Below are positions 58,988 through 59,124 of a stretch of 59,124 nucleotides of DNA, one piece after another. The notes below the pieces were generated by a model, which made no database searches, was not told the DNA's origin, and worked only from the letters and a program-made list of their open reading frames with translations. The stretch covers positions 15,065,488-15,124,611 of the forward strand of contig NC_068988.1 in assembly GCF_001194135.2 (NCBI RefSeq). Direction: 5' to 3'. The DNA comes from Octopus bimaculoides. Lineage: Eukaryota. Made by a program: the position numbers and the translations under genes. Position 1 is the first letter of the stretch; each line of letters starts with the position of its first letter.

Positions 58988-59124
58988 TTAACTATTTTTA
59001 TTATTTTCTTTTTGTTCGAGAGAATTTATAGTTAATTAAGTAGATCCAATATGTTACTGGTATTTATTTAAGGAATCCTTAGATCCTGGTGGGATCTGCA
59101 ATGAAAAAGTAGAAAAAGAATTCT

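Overview
Eukaryotic, AT-rich, repeat-dense DNA. The SINE families and zinc-finger style point to a coleoid cephalopod, probably Octopus; this is recalled pattern recognition and has not been verified. The core is a tandem cluster of six co-oriented (+) C2H2 zinc-finger genes (ZNF-1 to ZNF-6) whose starts lie 8-12 kb apart. Each has its CDS in one exon behind a paralogous splice acceptor (TATATTTCAG|RG/AT), a conserved ~30-aa leader and no KRAB, SCAN, BTB or ZAD domain. ZNF-2 to ZNF-6 are intact with 19-24 fingers. ZNF-1 has a premature TAG and a frameshift, and a fossil finger tail follows it to ~12.6 kb. ZNF-4, -5 and -6 share a tandem-ETS promoter motif and a short non-coding first exon. At the left, a minus-strand exon 1 (2140-2193) resembles RCHY1/Pirh2. 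Intergenic DNA is a mosaic of tRNA-derived SINEs, CRE-, Penelope- and L1-like retroelement remnants, mariner/Tc1, piggyBac-like, hAT-like and Merlin-like DNA elements, a solo LTR and palindromic MITEs. Assembly gaps lie near 23323, 26190, 27224, 36087, 42616, 51181 and 52876. Large C2H2 clusters in octopus are already known. The most notable observations here are perfectly identical 77-135 bp tracts shared between different paralog pairs (patchwork gene conversion that swaps finger specificity), a shared frameshift-derived stop codon, a 63-bp invariant intronic micro-ORF, degenerate hammerhead ribozymes, GGTAAT palindromic MITEs with telomere-like cores, and a tRNA-containing fold-back element. 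All alignments were done by eye.
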